From an uncultured virus (IMG/VR IMGVR_UViG_3300040806_001404) (Duplodnaviria; Heunggongvirae; Uroviricota; Caudoviricetes), in IMG/VR virus record IMGVR_UViG_3300040806_001404: a DNA stretch of 64,000 nt, one strand, 5' to 3'. Under the pieces are notes generated by a model. That model saw only the letters and a list, made by a program, of their open reading frames with translations, was not told the origin of the DNA and did no database searches. A program made the position numbers and the translations under genes. Shown piece by piece: positions 8,583-17,195 of this stretch (the first letter of the stretch is position 1; every line of letters starts with the position of its first letter).

Positions 8583-8638
8583 ATTTTTCTCCTGTGTGTA
8601 TGTGTCTGTACTTTAGTGTACCTATTATATATACACAT

Positions 8639-8666
8639 AAAAAAAGGGTCTCCGAAGAAACCCTTT
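8639..8666 (-). terminator. rho-independent terminator after gp23, C(UUCG)G tetraloop
   Basis: AAAGGGTTTC-TTCG-GAGACCCTTT-TTTT. Confidence 0.9.
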
Positions 8667-8694
8667 AGTCGAATTAGATTTAACTAATTACAGT

Positions 8695-10020
8695 TTACAC
8701 CATAATGTCGTCAACTCTGAAGATTCTGAAGTACTGGTTAGCACGGTTAGTACCGACGCCATCAGCAGCTACGAATGGATTTGCAACCATACCGTATCTT
8801 GTTTTGAATCCCATTCTTGGTTGGAAGTCGTTCTCACCCACTGCTTTAACCATAGTTAAAGGTACGTAAGGACAGTAGAACATACCAGCGTCATACGGGT
8901 TTGTTCCTCTATAACCAACACAAACAAAGTCTTGAGTAGCATAAGGGTCTATGTAAACTTTAACTCTTCCGTTAAGAACACCAGCAAAAGTATTACCTGT
9001 GTCATCAACGTTTAAGTTAGCTGATAAAGCTGGAGTATAATCCAACATTCCAGCAGCTGCTAAAGCTGAAGCAACGTCTGAAGAACAGATAACAAAATTA
9101 CCTTTTCCACGTCTTGTTTCTTTAGCGATAACGTTACATTCTCTCTCTATTTGCATGATAAGACCTTTAAATCTCTCTACCATCCATCTACCGTCTGAGT
9201 CTGTGTTAACATCAAAAATACCTGAAACAGCAGTTGAAGTTTGTAAAGCACCAATTTTTGCTTTAGTTAGAATAGTTCTAACAACTTCTCTGTTGATTTC
9301 AGCTAAAATTTCAGCTGATAAGATATTAGCAAGTTCGCCTTCAGCGTCCAATCCATGAACTGCTTTAAGGTCTTGTGCTAATTCCATTGTGTACTCAGCT
9401 TTTAGAGCTCTTGACTTAGCTGTTACTGTTGATTTCTCGATTGAGAACGCCATCTCTCCGAAAGCGCCATCACCAGTTTCGCCAACTCCTAATCTTTCAG
9501 CCGCAGCTGTAGATAAACCAGTACCGAATGTAGATACTGTATCAGCTTCGTCAGCGATTGTACCATCAGTATCAGCATCAGTTACACCACCTAAACCAGT
9601 TGGTTCAGCTTGATGTGTACCTGTTCCTGAGAAGTCAGTGTCAGCTTCATTAAATAAAGCTTCAGTACCGCCCTGAGTTGAGTATTTTGATTTCATTGCG
9701 AAGATAAGTCCTGTAGGACCACTCATTGGCTGAACGCCAGCGATATCATAAGCAATAAGGTTAGGCATTGCACGTCTGACTAAAGAGATTAATACTGGGT
9801 CAAATGAACCAATATTACCGCCGCCAATGTTATTGGCTGCTGCAGCTTCAGAAATATAATTTCCTTGTGCTTGAACTCTTTCTTCTTGTAGTGCAATTTC
9901 TTGGTTTTCTAACAATCTAGCTGTTACGGCTTTCTTGTAGTTATCCTGGATAGGTGATACTGATTCGTGATCGAGTACAGCACCCCATTTTTCCATTAAG
10001 TTTTTGTCTGCATTAAACAT
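8695..10020 (-). CDS. gp23: major capsid protein
   Basis: DPVLISLVRRAMPNLIAYDIAGVQPMSGPTGLIFAM, KSRALKAEYTMELAQDLKAVHGLDAE, FYCPYVPL. Confidence 0.98.
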   Translation of the reverse strand: MFNADKNLMEKWGAVLDHESVSPIQDNYKKAVTARLLENQEIALQEERVQAQGNYISEAAAANNIGGGNIGSFDPVLISLVRRAMPNLIAYDIAGVQPMSGPTGLIFAMKSKYSTQGGTEALFNEADTDFSGTGTHQAEPTGLGGVTDADTDGTIADEADTVSTFGTGLSTAAAERLGVGETGDGAFGEMAFSIEKSTVTAKSRALKAEYTMELAQDLKAVHGLDAEGELANILSAEILAEINREVVRTILTKAKIGALQTSTAVSGIFDVNTDSDGRWMVERFKGLIMQIERECNVIAKETRRGKGNFVICSSDVASALAAAGMLDYTPALSANLNVDDTGNTFAGVLNGRVKVYIDPYATQDFVCVGYRGTNPYDAGMFYCPYVPLTMVKAVGENDFQPRMGFKTRYGMVANPFVAADGVGTNRANQYFRIFRVDDIMV

Positions 10021-10030
10021 TTTTTTTTCC

Positions 10031-11173
10031 TTAATTATTAAAGTTTGTTATAGCTTGTGTGTATTTAGCCATAGTGTCAGAAACGTCTGAATCGACAGTT
10101 CCTTCTCCTAATAAGCTATCTACTTCATCCACTGATTCACTAGACTCATTTTTAAAGTATGATTCTTTAACAGTTTTTACTTTCATTTCGAAAGATTCTT
10201 TGTTATCAAAATCGATATCTTCTACTAATGATGCTAATTTTTCAGCTTCAGTTTCTGCAAGCCCTGATGATTGTTCTCTTACTACAGCTTGTTTTTCAAA
10301 TTCTTGAACTTTAGCATGTAACTCAATATTATCATCTGTGGTTTTATTTAAAGTCTCTTCTAGCTCAGTAACTTGTTCTGATAAATCATCAACTAAGTCC
10401 ACTTTACCTTCAGGTACTTCTATGTAGTGTTCTTTAAACACCGCTTGTAATGAAGTCATAAACTCTTCAGCAATTTCAGTCCTAAGACCTTCTTGTACTT
10501 GGAGTTGGTTCTCTTCCATCCAACCTTCGACTACGTAGTTAAGATATGAATCTACCTTTTCTACAAGTGAAGAATGAACTTCTGAAACTTCTTCTTCTAA
10601 ATTTTGCGCATATTCTGCTTCAAGTCTATCAACTTCTTCGCTTAACTTACTAGTAAGTACTGCTTCGAATATAATAGATGCTTTTTCACGGAATCCTTCG
10701 CTTAAAGTAGCTTCTTCTTTAATGATTGCATCTATATCATCTGAAAAGTCAATAGCCTCAACTGCAGCTTTCGCTTTAGGTTCTGGCATTTTGCTTGATA
10801 CAGCATTTTCTGCATCCTTTTCTGATTTAATATTTGCAGGTTCACTATCGATAGTAACTAGCTTAGAGTAAAGTTTTTTTGCGTCTTCTGATTTAGCCTT
10901 CTTTAGCATATCAACTGTTGCTTGAATAACTCCAGCTTTAGTTTTTGGAATTTCAACTTGAGGTGCGTCTTCTTTGACTTCCTCTTCGTCTTCTTCTTCT
11001 TCTACTGGTTCTTCTTTAGAGTCGGAGTGTTTCATAGCATTAACTTTTTTCTTGTCTTTGCCATAAGTCTCTTCAAGTGATTCCTCATCTAAATTTTCAT
11101 TTTCAACGAGAGCATCAACTTGCTCTTCTTCAACAGAGGATACTATTTCTGACTGATTTCTGTCGTCTGACAT
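10031..11173 (-). CDS. gp22: prohead core scaffolding protein
   Basis: Acidic coiled coil; LSE.F..KA..IFEA, VD.YL.YVVE.W..EN, F.EHYI.VP. Confidence 0.92.
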   Translation of the reverse strand: MSDDRNQSEIVSSVEEEQVDALVENENLDEESLEETYGKDKKKVNAMKHSDSKEEPVEEEEDEEEVKEDAPQVEIPKTKAGVIQATVDMLKKAKSEDAKKLYSKLVTIDSEPANIKSEKDAENAVSSKMPEPKAKAAVEAIDFSDDIDAIIKEEATLSEGFREKASIIFEAVLTSKLSEEVDRLEAEYAQNLEEEVSEVHSSLVEKVDSYLNYVVEGWMEENQLQVQEGLRTEIAEEFMTSLQAVFKEHYIEVPEGKVDLVDDLSEQVTELEETLNKTTDDNIELHAKVQEFEKQAVVREQSSGLAETEAEKLASLVEDIDFDNKESFEMKVKTVKESYFKNESSESVDEVDSLLGEGTVDSDVSDTMAKYTQAITNFNN

Positions 11174-11185
11174 AATAGTTTTCTC

Positions 11186-11842
11186 CTATTTTAGATTTAA
11201 TTTAGAGAGGAAATTTTTAAACGCTCTTATTTCAGCTTCATGCAAATTTTTGCTAGGAGCACGTCTAATTTCAGTCTCAATTTCTTCAATATCTTGTTGT
11301 CTAATAAGGCCGTTATCCCATACCCATTCAACACCTTCCATAACTCCATTTACAAACGCACTTGGAGCACTTGGGTCTTGAACGATATCTACTGTGGCCA
11401 ACATAAAGTCGTCCCCCACGTAACTAGCGCCATTCTTTTGTACAAGACTTCCCATACCACGACTTGAAACACCAAGCTTAACTCCACCCTCGAGTAGTCC
11501 TTCGACTATTTTTCCCATAGGGGTTTTAAGTATTGATGCCTTTCCTACAACATCATTTCCTTGCCAATGCAAATCTGTGATTTTGTGTGAAACTTTATCA
11601 AGGTTAACTGTTGGTCCTTCTGGATGATTTAACTCTCCAACAGCTCTCCCTGTTTTAACTTGTTCGGTAACGTATTTATCTACAGCTTTCTCTAATGAAG
11701 CTTTTTCGTAAATACGACCGTTTCTGTTCTTTTTATTCGATTGCATGAACACACCTTCGATAAAATAGTCTCTAGAACCATCTTTCTTTTGTTCACAAAT
11801 CGTTTCTATATTTTGTTCTACGTATTCTGTTATTAATTTCAT
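11186..11842 (-). CDS. gp21: prohead protease
   Basis: MKLITE, KNRNGRIY, GELNHP, GVSSRGMGSL, DIVQDPSAP. Confidence 0.96.
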   Translation of the reverse strand: MKLITEYVEQNIETICEQKKDGSRDYFIEGVFMQSNKKNRNGRIYEKASLEKAVDKYVTEQVKTGRAVGELNHPEGPTVNLDKVSHKITDLHWQGNDVVGKASILKTPMGKIVEGLLEGGVKLGVSSRGMGSLVQKNGASYVGDDFMLATVDIVQDPSAPSAFVNGVMEGVEWVWDNGLIRQQDIEEIETEIRRAPSKNLHEAEIRAFKNFLSKLNLK

Positions 11843-11862
11843 TTAAATACCTAGTGAGAGGA

Positions 11863-12051
11863 TTAATCCTCTTCTGTTACTTGTTCTTCTTCAGCAGTAA
11901 CTGCAACACGCTGGTTAAGTCCTGACGCAATTTCTATTTTCTTTGCATCAAGAGCAGCTGTCATTTTTGCAGCCATAACAGTATTAAACTGTTTATTTGC
12001 TGAAACGTTATCTCCATCTTGTAGATTTTTTATCAATTCATTTACATTCAT
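11863..12051 (-). CDS. small prohead core protein (gp67-like position)
   Basis: 62 aa with an acidic tail, between gp20 and gp21; SD and late promoter upstream. Confidence 0.65.
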   Translation of the reverse strand: MNVNELIKNLQDGDNVSANKQFNTVMAAKMTAALDAKKIEIASGLNQRVAVTAEEEQVTEED

Positions 12052-12070
12052 TTGTTTATCCTTGTTTATA

Positions 12071-12078
12071 TATTTATA
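12071..12078 (-). promoter_or_regulatory. T4 late promoter TATAAATA
   Basis: Exact consensus, intergenic, upstream of the head genes. Confidence 0.8.
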
Positions 12079-12081
12079 TTA

Positions 12082-13584
12082 TTATGCATCCCAACGAGGG
12101 TCATCTGCATCTGGAGTATCATTATCTCCACTTTTTGTCTCCTGGTCGATTTGTTTTTGAATTTCTTCAATCTCATCGTCAGTCTGACGTAATACGTTTT
12201 TACGTATCCATTCATTTGAAATATATTTGCCTACGTATTGGTCTAAAGAACTTAACATATCAAATCTTTCTCTCAACATTTCTGATTGTTTTAATTCAGA
12301 AAAGTAGTTATCTTCTATAAAATCAAAGGCAATACTTTCTTTCCAATCTTTCCAATCACTCTCAGTAATAATACCTTTAAGTAATAATTGAGTTTTTAAT
12401 AGTTGCATAAACAAATCAGAGAATCTTTTTCTTAATCTGTCTATGAACTTCTTAAACTTTACTTCGTCTCTTGTAATCTCAGATGTTCTTCCAAGACTGA
12501 ATTGAGCTTCTTGTTCTAATCTATTAACTGGAACATTCAATGACTTATACAATTTCTTCTGGAAATATATAATATCATCTATTTGTCCTAAGTTTTCGCC
12601 GCCTGGTAGCGTAGTGATTTCAGTTCCTCTTCCACCTTCTCTTCGTGGTAAGAAGAAATCTTCCAACATACTCATATGTTTTCTGTCGTCTTTGATATCA
12701 CCAGTCTTAGCATCATATACCAATTTGTTTCTATATTGATTCATAATACCTCTTAGGTATTCTTCAGCCTTACCTTTAGGTAAGTTACCAACATCAATAT
12801 AAAATATCCTACGTTCTGGGGCACGTGATATTCTGTATATAACCAATGAATCTTCCATCATTCTAAGTTGATTTACTGGTTTTAATGCTTTATGTAAATA
12901 AGATAGAATTCTTTTTCTACCTGGGTCCATTACACCCGATGTACAATATGCAATTGCATCAGGATATATTTTTAAACCTTGTTCTGCGCCATTCATTGTC
13001 TTATCTTGAAATAAGAAAAACTCATCTACTTTCTTAATAAGTTTTGCGCCTGTCTTAGGGTCTTGTTGTTCCTCAATCTCTTTAACTTTTCTTAGTTTAG
13101 TTGGGTCAATGTACCTAAGTTCTTTTATTCCTTTCTTTGGATTTTTACTATCAATTATAATATGATATGGTAATCTACCATCTATATACCATTTACGATA
13201 TATATCATGAGCATAAGCATTAAAGTTTAATAATTTTAATACTTCTTCAAACTCAAATTTAATAGCTTCTTTAATTTTATCTGATAAATCTAATTCATCT
13301 AATACTATATTAACAGGAGCTTCATCGTTATCTCCTACTATTGATTCATTTATTATATCCTCAACAGCTGCATCGCATTCTGGCTGTGATGCTATATCTC
13401 TATATTTTAATATTAATTCAACTTCATTTTTGACCTTATCACCATCCATGTCGATGTATGCGCCAAAATGACCGCCAGCTTGTATAACACCTGAACCATC
13501 CTCGTCCGTTTTAGGGACGAATGAAGGTAGCTCTTTCGCATTAGCTAATTTTCTTTTTATTTCAAAACCGAATAGTTCTGCCAT
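12082..13584 (-). CDS. gp20: portal vertex protein
   Basis: NQLRMMEDSLVIYRISRAPERRIFYIDVGNLPK.KAE.YL, LPRREGGRGTEITTLPGG. Confidence 0.98.
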   Translation of the reverse strand: MAELFGFEIKRKLANAKELPSFVPKTDEDGSGVIQAGGHFGAYIDMDGDKVKNEVELILKYRDIASQPECDAAVEDIINESIVGDNDEAPVNIVLDELDLSDKIKEAIKFEFEEVLKLLNFNAYAHDIYRKWYIDGRLPYHIIIDSKNPKKGIKELRYIDPTKLRKVKEIEEQQDPKTGAKLIKKVDEFFLFQDKTMNGAEQGLKIYPDAIAYCTSGVMDPGRKRILSYLHKALKPVNQLRMMEDSLVIYRISRAPERRIFYIDVGNLPKGKAEEYLRGIMNQYRNKLVYDAKTGDIKDDRKHMSMLEDFFLPRREGGRGTEITTLPGGENLGQIDDIIYFQKKLYKSLNVPVNRLEQEAQFSLGRTSEITRDEVKFKKFIDRLRKRFSDLFMQLLKTQLLLKGIITESDWKDWKESIAFDFIEDNYFSELKQSEMLRERFDMLSSLDQYVGKYISNEWIRKNVLRQTDDEIEEIQKQIDQETKSGDNDTPDADDPRWDA

Positions 13585-13604
13585 ATATTCCTCACTACAT
13601 TATC

Positions 13605-13643
13605 AGAGGGGACATAATATCCCCTCTTCTAATATTATTTATA
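13605..13643 (-). promoter_or_regulatory. late promoter TATAAATA (13636-13643) followed by a GC-rich stem-loop (13605-13627)
   Basis: AGAGGGGATA-TTA-TGTCCCCTCT hairpin between the gp19 stop and the gp20 SD. Confidence 0.75.
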
Positions 13644-13646
13644 TAC

Positions 13647-14174
13647 CTAAGAAGTAGTGTCAGATTCCCAGTATTGTACTTGGAATTCAACTGTGAACTC
13701 TTCAATAGTATTTTCTGAGTCATAACTTACTTCTATCTCAGAGATATTAGTTGGAAATAGACCTCTAAAGTCATATTTCTTCGTAACTTCTCCAGCTTTA
13801 TTCAATTGTTCTACAACTGCGTCAGCTTGATAGTCGGTAGGATTAGATAATCCTGTGTTTTCGTTATGTCCATTAATACCATTCATCCAACGTTCCATAG
13901 CGTTACGAACTGTGAAATCAACATCGTTGATTACAGTAATTGTCCAAGGGTCAAATGTTCTGTCACCAGCTATTTGCAATGTTCTACCTCTGAATAATAC
14001 AGGGATAGGTGCAATAATTGATGCAGGCATTTGAGCTGTTTTACACATAAAGGATGTTTGTTCAACATCACCTCGTGCATAACTTGGATAGTTCATAGTC
14101 ACCTTGAAAAGGTTAGACCTTGCTCCACCGCCTACTAATTTTGATTTAAAATCGTCTACGCCTAATATTGCCAT
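13647..14174 (-). CDS. gp19: tail tube protein
   Basis: GGARSNLFKV, FRGR.LQIAGDRTFDPWTITVIND, IEEFTVEFQVQYW. Confidence 0.96.
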   Translation of the reverse strand: MAILGVDDFKSKLVGGGARSNLFKVTMNYPSYARGDVEQTSFMCKTAQMPASIIAPIPVLFRGRTLQIAGDRTFDPWTITVINDVDFTVRNAMERWMNGINGHNENTGLSNPTDYQADAVVEQLNKAGEVTKKYDFRGLFPTNISEIEVSYDSENTIEEFTVEFQVQYWESDTTS

Positions 14175-14185
14175 GTCTTAATCTC

Positions 14186-15904
14186 CTATGAACCTGAGAT
14201 CTCGGAGAATTCAACTCCGGACCTTGTTGCTACGAAGCTCAATGTAATAAAGTTAATACTTCTTGCAGGCTTGATAAAGATATCTGCTACAAATTTATTA
14301 CCGTCAATTACTGAGCTAGTGTTGTTAGTGTTATCACAGATTACTGAAAAATCTGTAAGTCCACGTCTACCTTTGACGTCTCTTAAGAACGGTTCAACTA
14401 AGTTTCTGAACTGCGCTCTTGTAAATTCGTCGTTAAATTCGAATAGTTGCGCTTTAGCTGCTGTGCTAACCGCTTTTTCTAATACGATAAAGAGTCTACG
14501 TACATTTATTCTATCGAATGCTGAAGGTCTGCTTAATAAAGTTTTATCTCCAAATAGTAAAGTACCTTGTCCAGGTAATGATACTATAGGATTGACTCTT
14601 GCTTTATATAAAGAATCCCTATCTGCTTTCTTAGGATTAAATGCTAATTTAGTTACTCCTAAAAGTTGACCCCTGTTTATTCCTGCTGGAGAGAACCATG
14701 CATCTGCTACTGAATCAGTATTAGCGCAAAGTCCTGCCATGTGACCAGAAGCTGCTATATATCTGTATTTGTCATTATATTTGTCATATACATATAGTGC
14801 TGTTGAATCACAAGAAGCATAAGATGTTGATGTTAAACCATCAGCAAAAGCTTTTACGCTTGCTGCTGGAGTAGCATTATTAACAGTGTCTTCTAATGGT
14901 GGTGAAATAAATGCCATACAATCTTTTCTTGCATTTACAATAGATATTAAATCTTCTGCTATTACTTCATCGCCATCGGCGTCTGCAGCTGCAAAAAGTA
15001 AGTTAACATCTACAGTTTCAGCATCTTCTAAAAGATCGAATCCTGCGGCTATTTCGCCAGTTGTTGGTGTGTTATCATCAACTCCACCTGCAAGTGAAGC
15101 TTCAATTGCTGATGCGTGTGTGTGGAAGCTATTAGACGCTTCTGCGTCTCCTGTTCCACCAGTTACTGCTTTCGCTGCAACTAAAGTAAATCCTGCTTCT
15201 AGTAAGTTTGTATCATGGTCAATCCATCTGATATAGTTAGATTGATTGTTAATAACATCCTTATAGTAGTTAGTACTACCGTCGTCTTTTTTAGCGTCAG
15301 AGGCTTGTGATACAAATCCAAAAGTTTCTAATACTGTACCTGGTGTACCGCTTAATGCGCCATCTTCATCTATAACAGCAATATGCAGTTCGTCATTAGT
15401 GACTCCTGCTGCAGTTGCAGATGCTGATGTACCTGGTGCAGCATCAAAATTACTAGCATAAGTCCAACCACTGAATGGTGAAGCTCCTGCTGTTATCATT
15501 GATACCTTTATGCTATTACCCAGTACTCCTGGATGTTTAGCTGCCCATGCCCCCAAATTAAGACTTCCATCTGCATAATTATTCAAATAATGTTCATTAT
15601 TTTTTATCAGCTGTCCTGTACCTTGCGCGGTCGCGTTTAAATGACCTGAAGCTACTCGAACCACTTTAAGAGCATTACCATACTTTAAAAAAGATGCTGC
15701 TACTAGAAAGTGTTTAGCTGTGGAATCGTCTGGTGTACCAAACGTAGCTGCAAGTTCGTTTTCTGAACCTACCGTTACAATTTGTTCCACTGGACCCCAG
15801 TTGAATGCTCCTGCAAATCCACCAATGCTGGTTGATACTGCTGGGACTACATTCGTGGCGTCGATTTCTTGAACCTGAACGCCCGGTGATACTTGAAATG
15901 CCAT
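14186..15904 (-). CDS. gp18: contractile tail sheath protein
   Basis: SPGV...EID, F.WGP, WFSPAG.NRG, FDRINVRRLF, FEFNDEFTR, IKPARSINFI. Confidence 0.97.
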   Translation of the reverse strand: MAFQVSPGVQVQEIDATNVVPAVSTSIGGFAGAFNWGPVEQIVTVGSENELAATFGTPDDSTAKHFLVAASFLKYGNALKVVRVASGHLNATAQGTGQLIKNNEHYLNNYADGSLNLGAWAAKHPGVLGNSIKVSMITAGASPFSGWTYASNFDAAPGTSASATAAGVTNDELHIAVIDEDGALSGTPGTVLETFGFVSQASDAKKDDGSTNYYKDVINNQSNYIRWIDHDTNLLEAGFTLVAAKAVTGGTGDAEASNSFHTHASAIEASLAGGVDDNTPTTGEIAAGFDLLEDAETVDVNLLFAAADADGDEVIAEDLISIVNARKDCMAFISPPLEDTVNNATPAASVKAFADGLTSTSYASCDSTALYVYDKYNDKYRYIAASGHMAGLCANTDSVADAWFSPAGINRGQLLGVTKLAFNPKKADRDSLYKARVNPIVSLPGQGTLLFGDKTLLSRPSAFDRINVRRLFIVLEKAVSTAAKAQLFEFNDEFTRAQFRNLVEPFLRDVKGRRGLTDFSVICDNTNNTSSVIDGNKFVADIFIKPARSINFITLSFVATRSGVEFSEISGS

Positions 15905-15966
15905 CGCTTTGTCCTCTATTTTGAGTTAGTTAATAAGTTTCATAATAAGAATTATTCAATTACTAT

Positions 15967-15974
15967 TATTTATA
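15967..15974 (-). promoter_or_regulatory. T4 late promoter TATAAATA
   Basis: Exact consensus, intergenic, upstream of gp18. Confidence 0.8.
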
Positions 15975-15986
15975 ATAAAGTGTTTT

Positions 15987-17195
15987 CTAACGAGTTAACT
16001 CAACTGATTGAGAATTATATTCTATTATAGGATTTTTGCCTGATATATCAATAATATTATGTTCATGCATTACCCCATTTTTTGACCACTTAACTCTATC
16101 TCCATCGAATTCCATGGAATCTGTTTGTATTTTATTTTCAAACATTGATATATATGTTGTTGGTTTTAACCAATAGTCTCTATTTTTAAATTTTTCTAAA
16201 ACCTTTTTAGGTAAATTTTCACCTGTTGCTTTTCTATAACCTTTTGTTCCTGGTGTTGAATTGATTTCAATAAACATTGGTGGTATCTTATTTCTATCTT
16301 TCGATGGGAATATATCTACACCTACCCATAAACCATCAACAGCTTTAGCTGCTTTTTCTACATGTTCTATTTCTAAATCTGTTAATTCTATTGGTTCAGG
16401 TTTTGAGCCTAAAGATACGTTTGTTCTAAAGTCCTTTGCAACTTGTGGTCTTTTTATTGCGCCATGAAACTTACCACCAATCACATGTGCACGAATATCG
16501 AATGTAAAGTCATCAATCATTGTTTGTAATAACACACCCATATTCGGGTCTAACTTATGCATTAATTGTACAGTAGAATGTAATGAACTTTCTGAATCTA
16601 CTTTAATAACACCAATACCTAATGAACCTGTAAGTGTTTTAAGAATAACTGGATATTTACCACCTAATCTTTTCATAGCATCAATTGCTTTTTCTGGATG
16701 ATGTATTAAAACAGTTTTAGGTTGATTTAGTTCTGCTTCAGCAAGATACAAACTTGTTCTATATTTATCAGATGTAATTTCCATACATGCTCTTGTATTT
16801 ACACATACAACGCCTGCTCTTTCTAATTGAGTTAAAAAGTCTGACCATGCTTTTCTTTTAGTAACAGGTGCTCTTACAAATACAATTGTATTATCATCAA
16901 TTTTAAACTTTCTTTCTTTCTCTGCAATACCATCATAGATATACCTTACACCATTTTCTAAATCAGAATATGCACCTTGCACATCTACTTTAAACGCTTT
17001 AAGACCTAGCTTCTCTCCTTCTTTTATAAAGTCATCTGCAGTTGCCTCAGGGTCATCAGGGTCTTCTGGGTCATCATACCAGAGATATACGAATCGATAT
17101 GTTTTCTCTTCTTCTTCAGACAATACTTCTATATCTTCCCACTGTTCTGTAGTATAGTTATATTTTCTTTTTCTATAATCGCTAAAATTTTGCAT
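15987..17195 (-). CDS. RimK-family ATP-grasp ligase
   Basis: DKYRT...L.QPKT, YPVILKTLTGSLGIGV, DIR..VIGG, DFRTNVSLG, GVDI, IEINSTPG. Start reassigned to ATG 17195 (MQNFSDY), which has a GGAG upstream and overlaps gp17 by only 14 nt. Confidence 0.85.
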   Translation of the reverse strand: MQNFSDYRKRKYNYTTEQWEDIEVLSEEEEKTYRFVYLWYDDPEDPDDPEATADDFIKEGEKLGLKAFKVDVQGAYSDLENGVRYIYDGIAEKERKFKIDDNTIVFVRAPVTKRKAWSDFLTQLERAGVVCVNTRACMEITSDKYRTSLYLAEAELNQPKTVLIHHPEKAIDAMKRLGGKYPVILKTLTGSLGIGVIKVDSESSLHSTVQLMHKLDPNMGVLLQTMIDDFTFDIRAHVIGGKFHGAIKRPQVAKDFRTNVSLGSKPEPIELTDLEIEHVEKAAKAVDGLWVGVDIFPSKDRNKIPPMFIEINSTPGTKGYRKATGENLPKKVLEKFKNRDYWLKPTTYISMFENKIQTDSMEFDGDRVKWSKNGVMHEHNIIDISGKNPIIEYNSQSVELTR

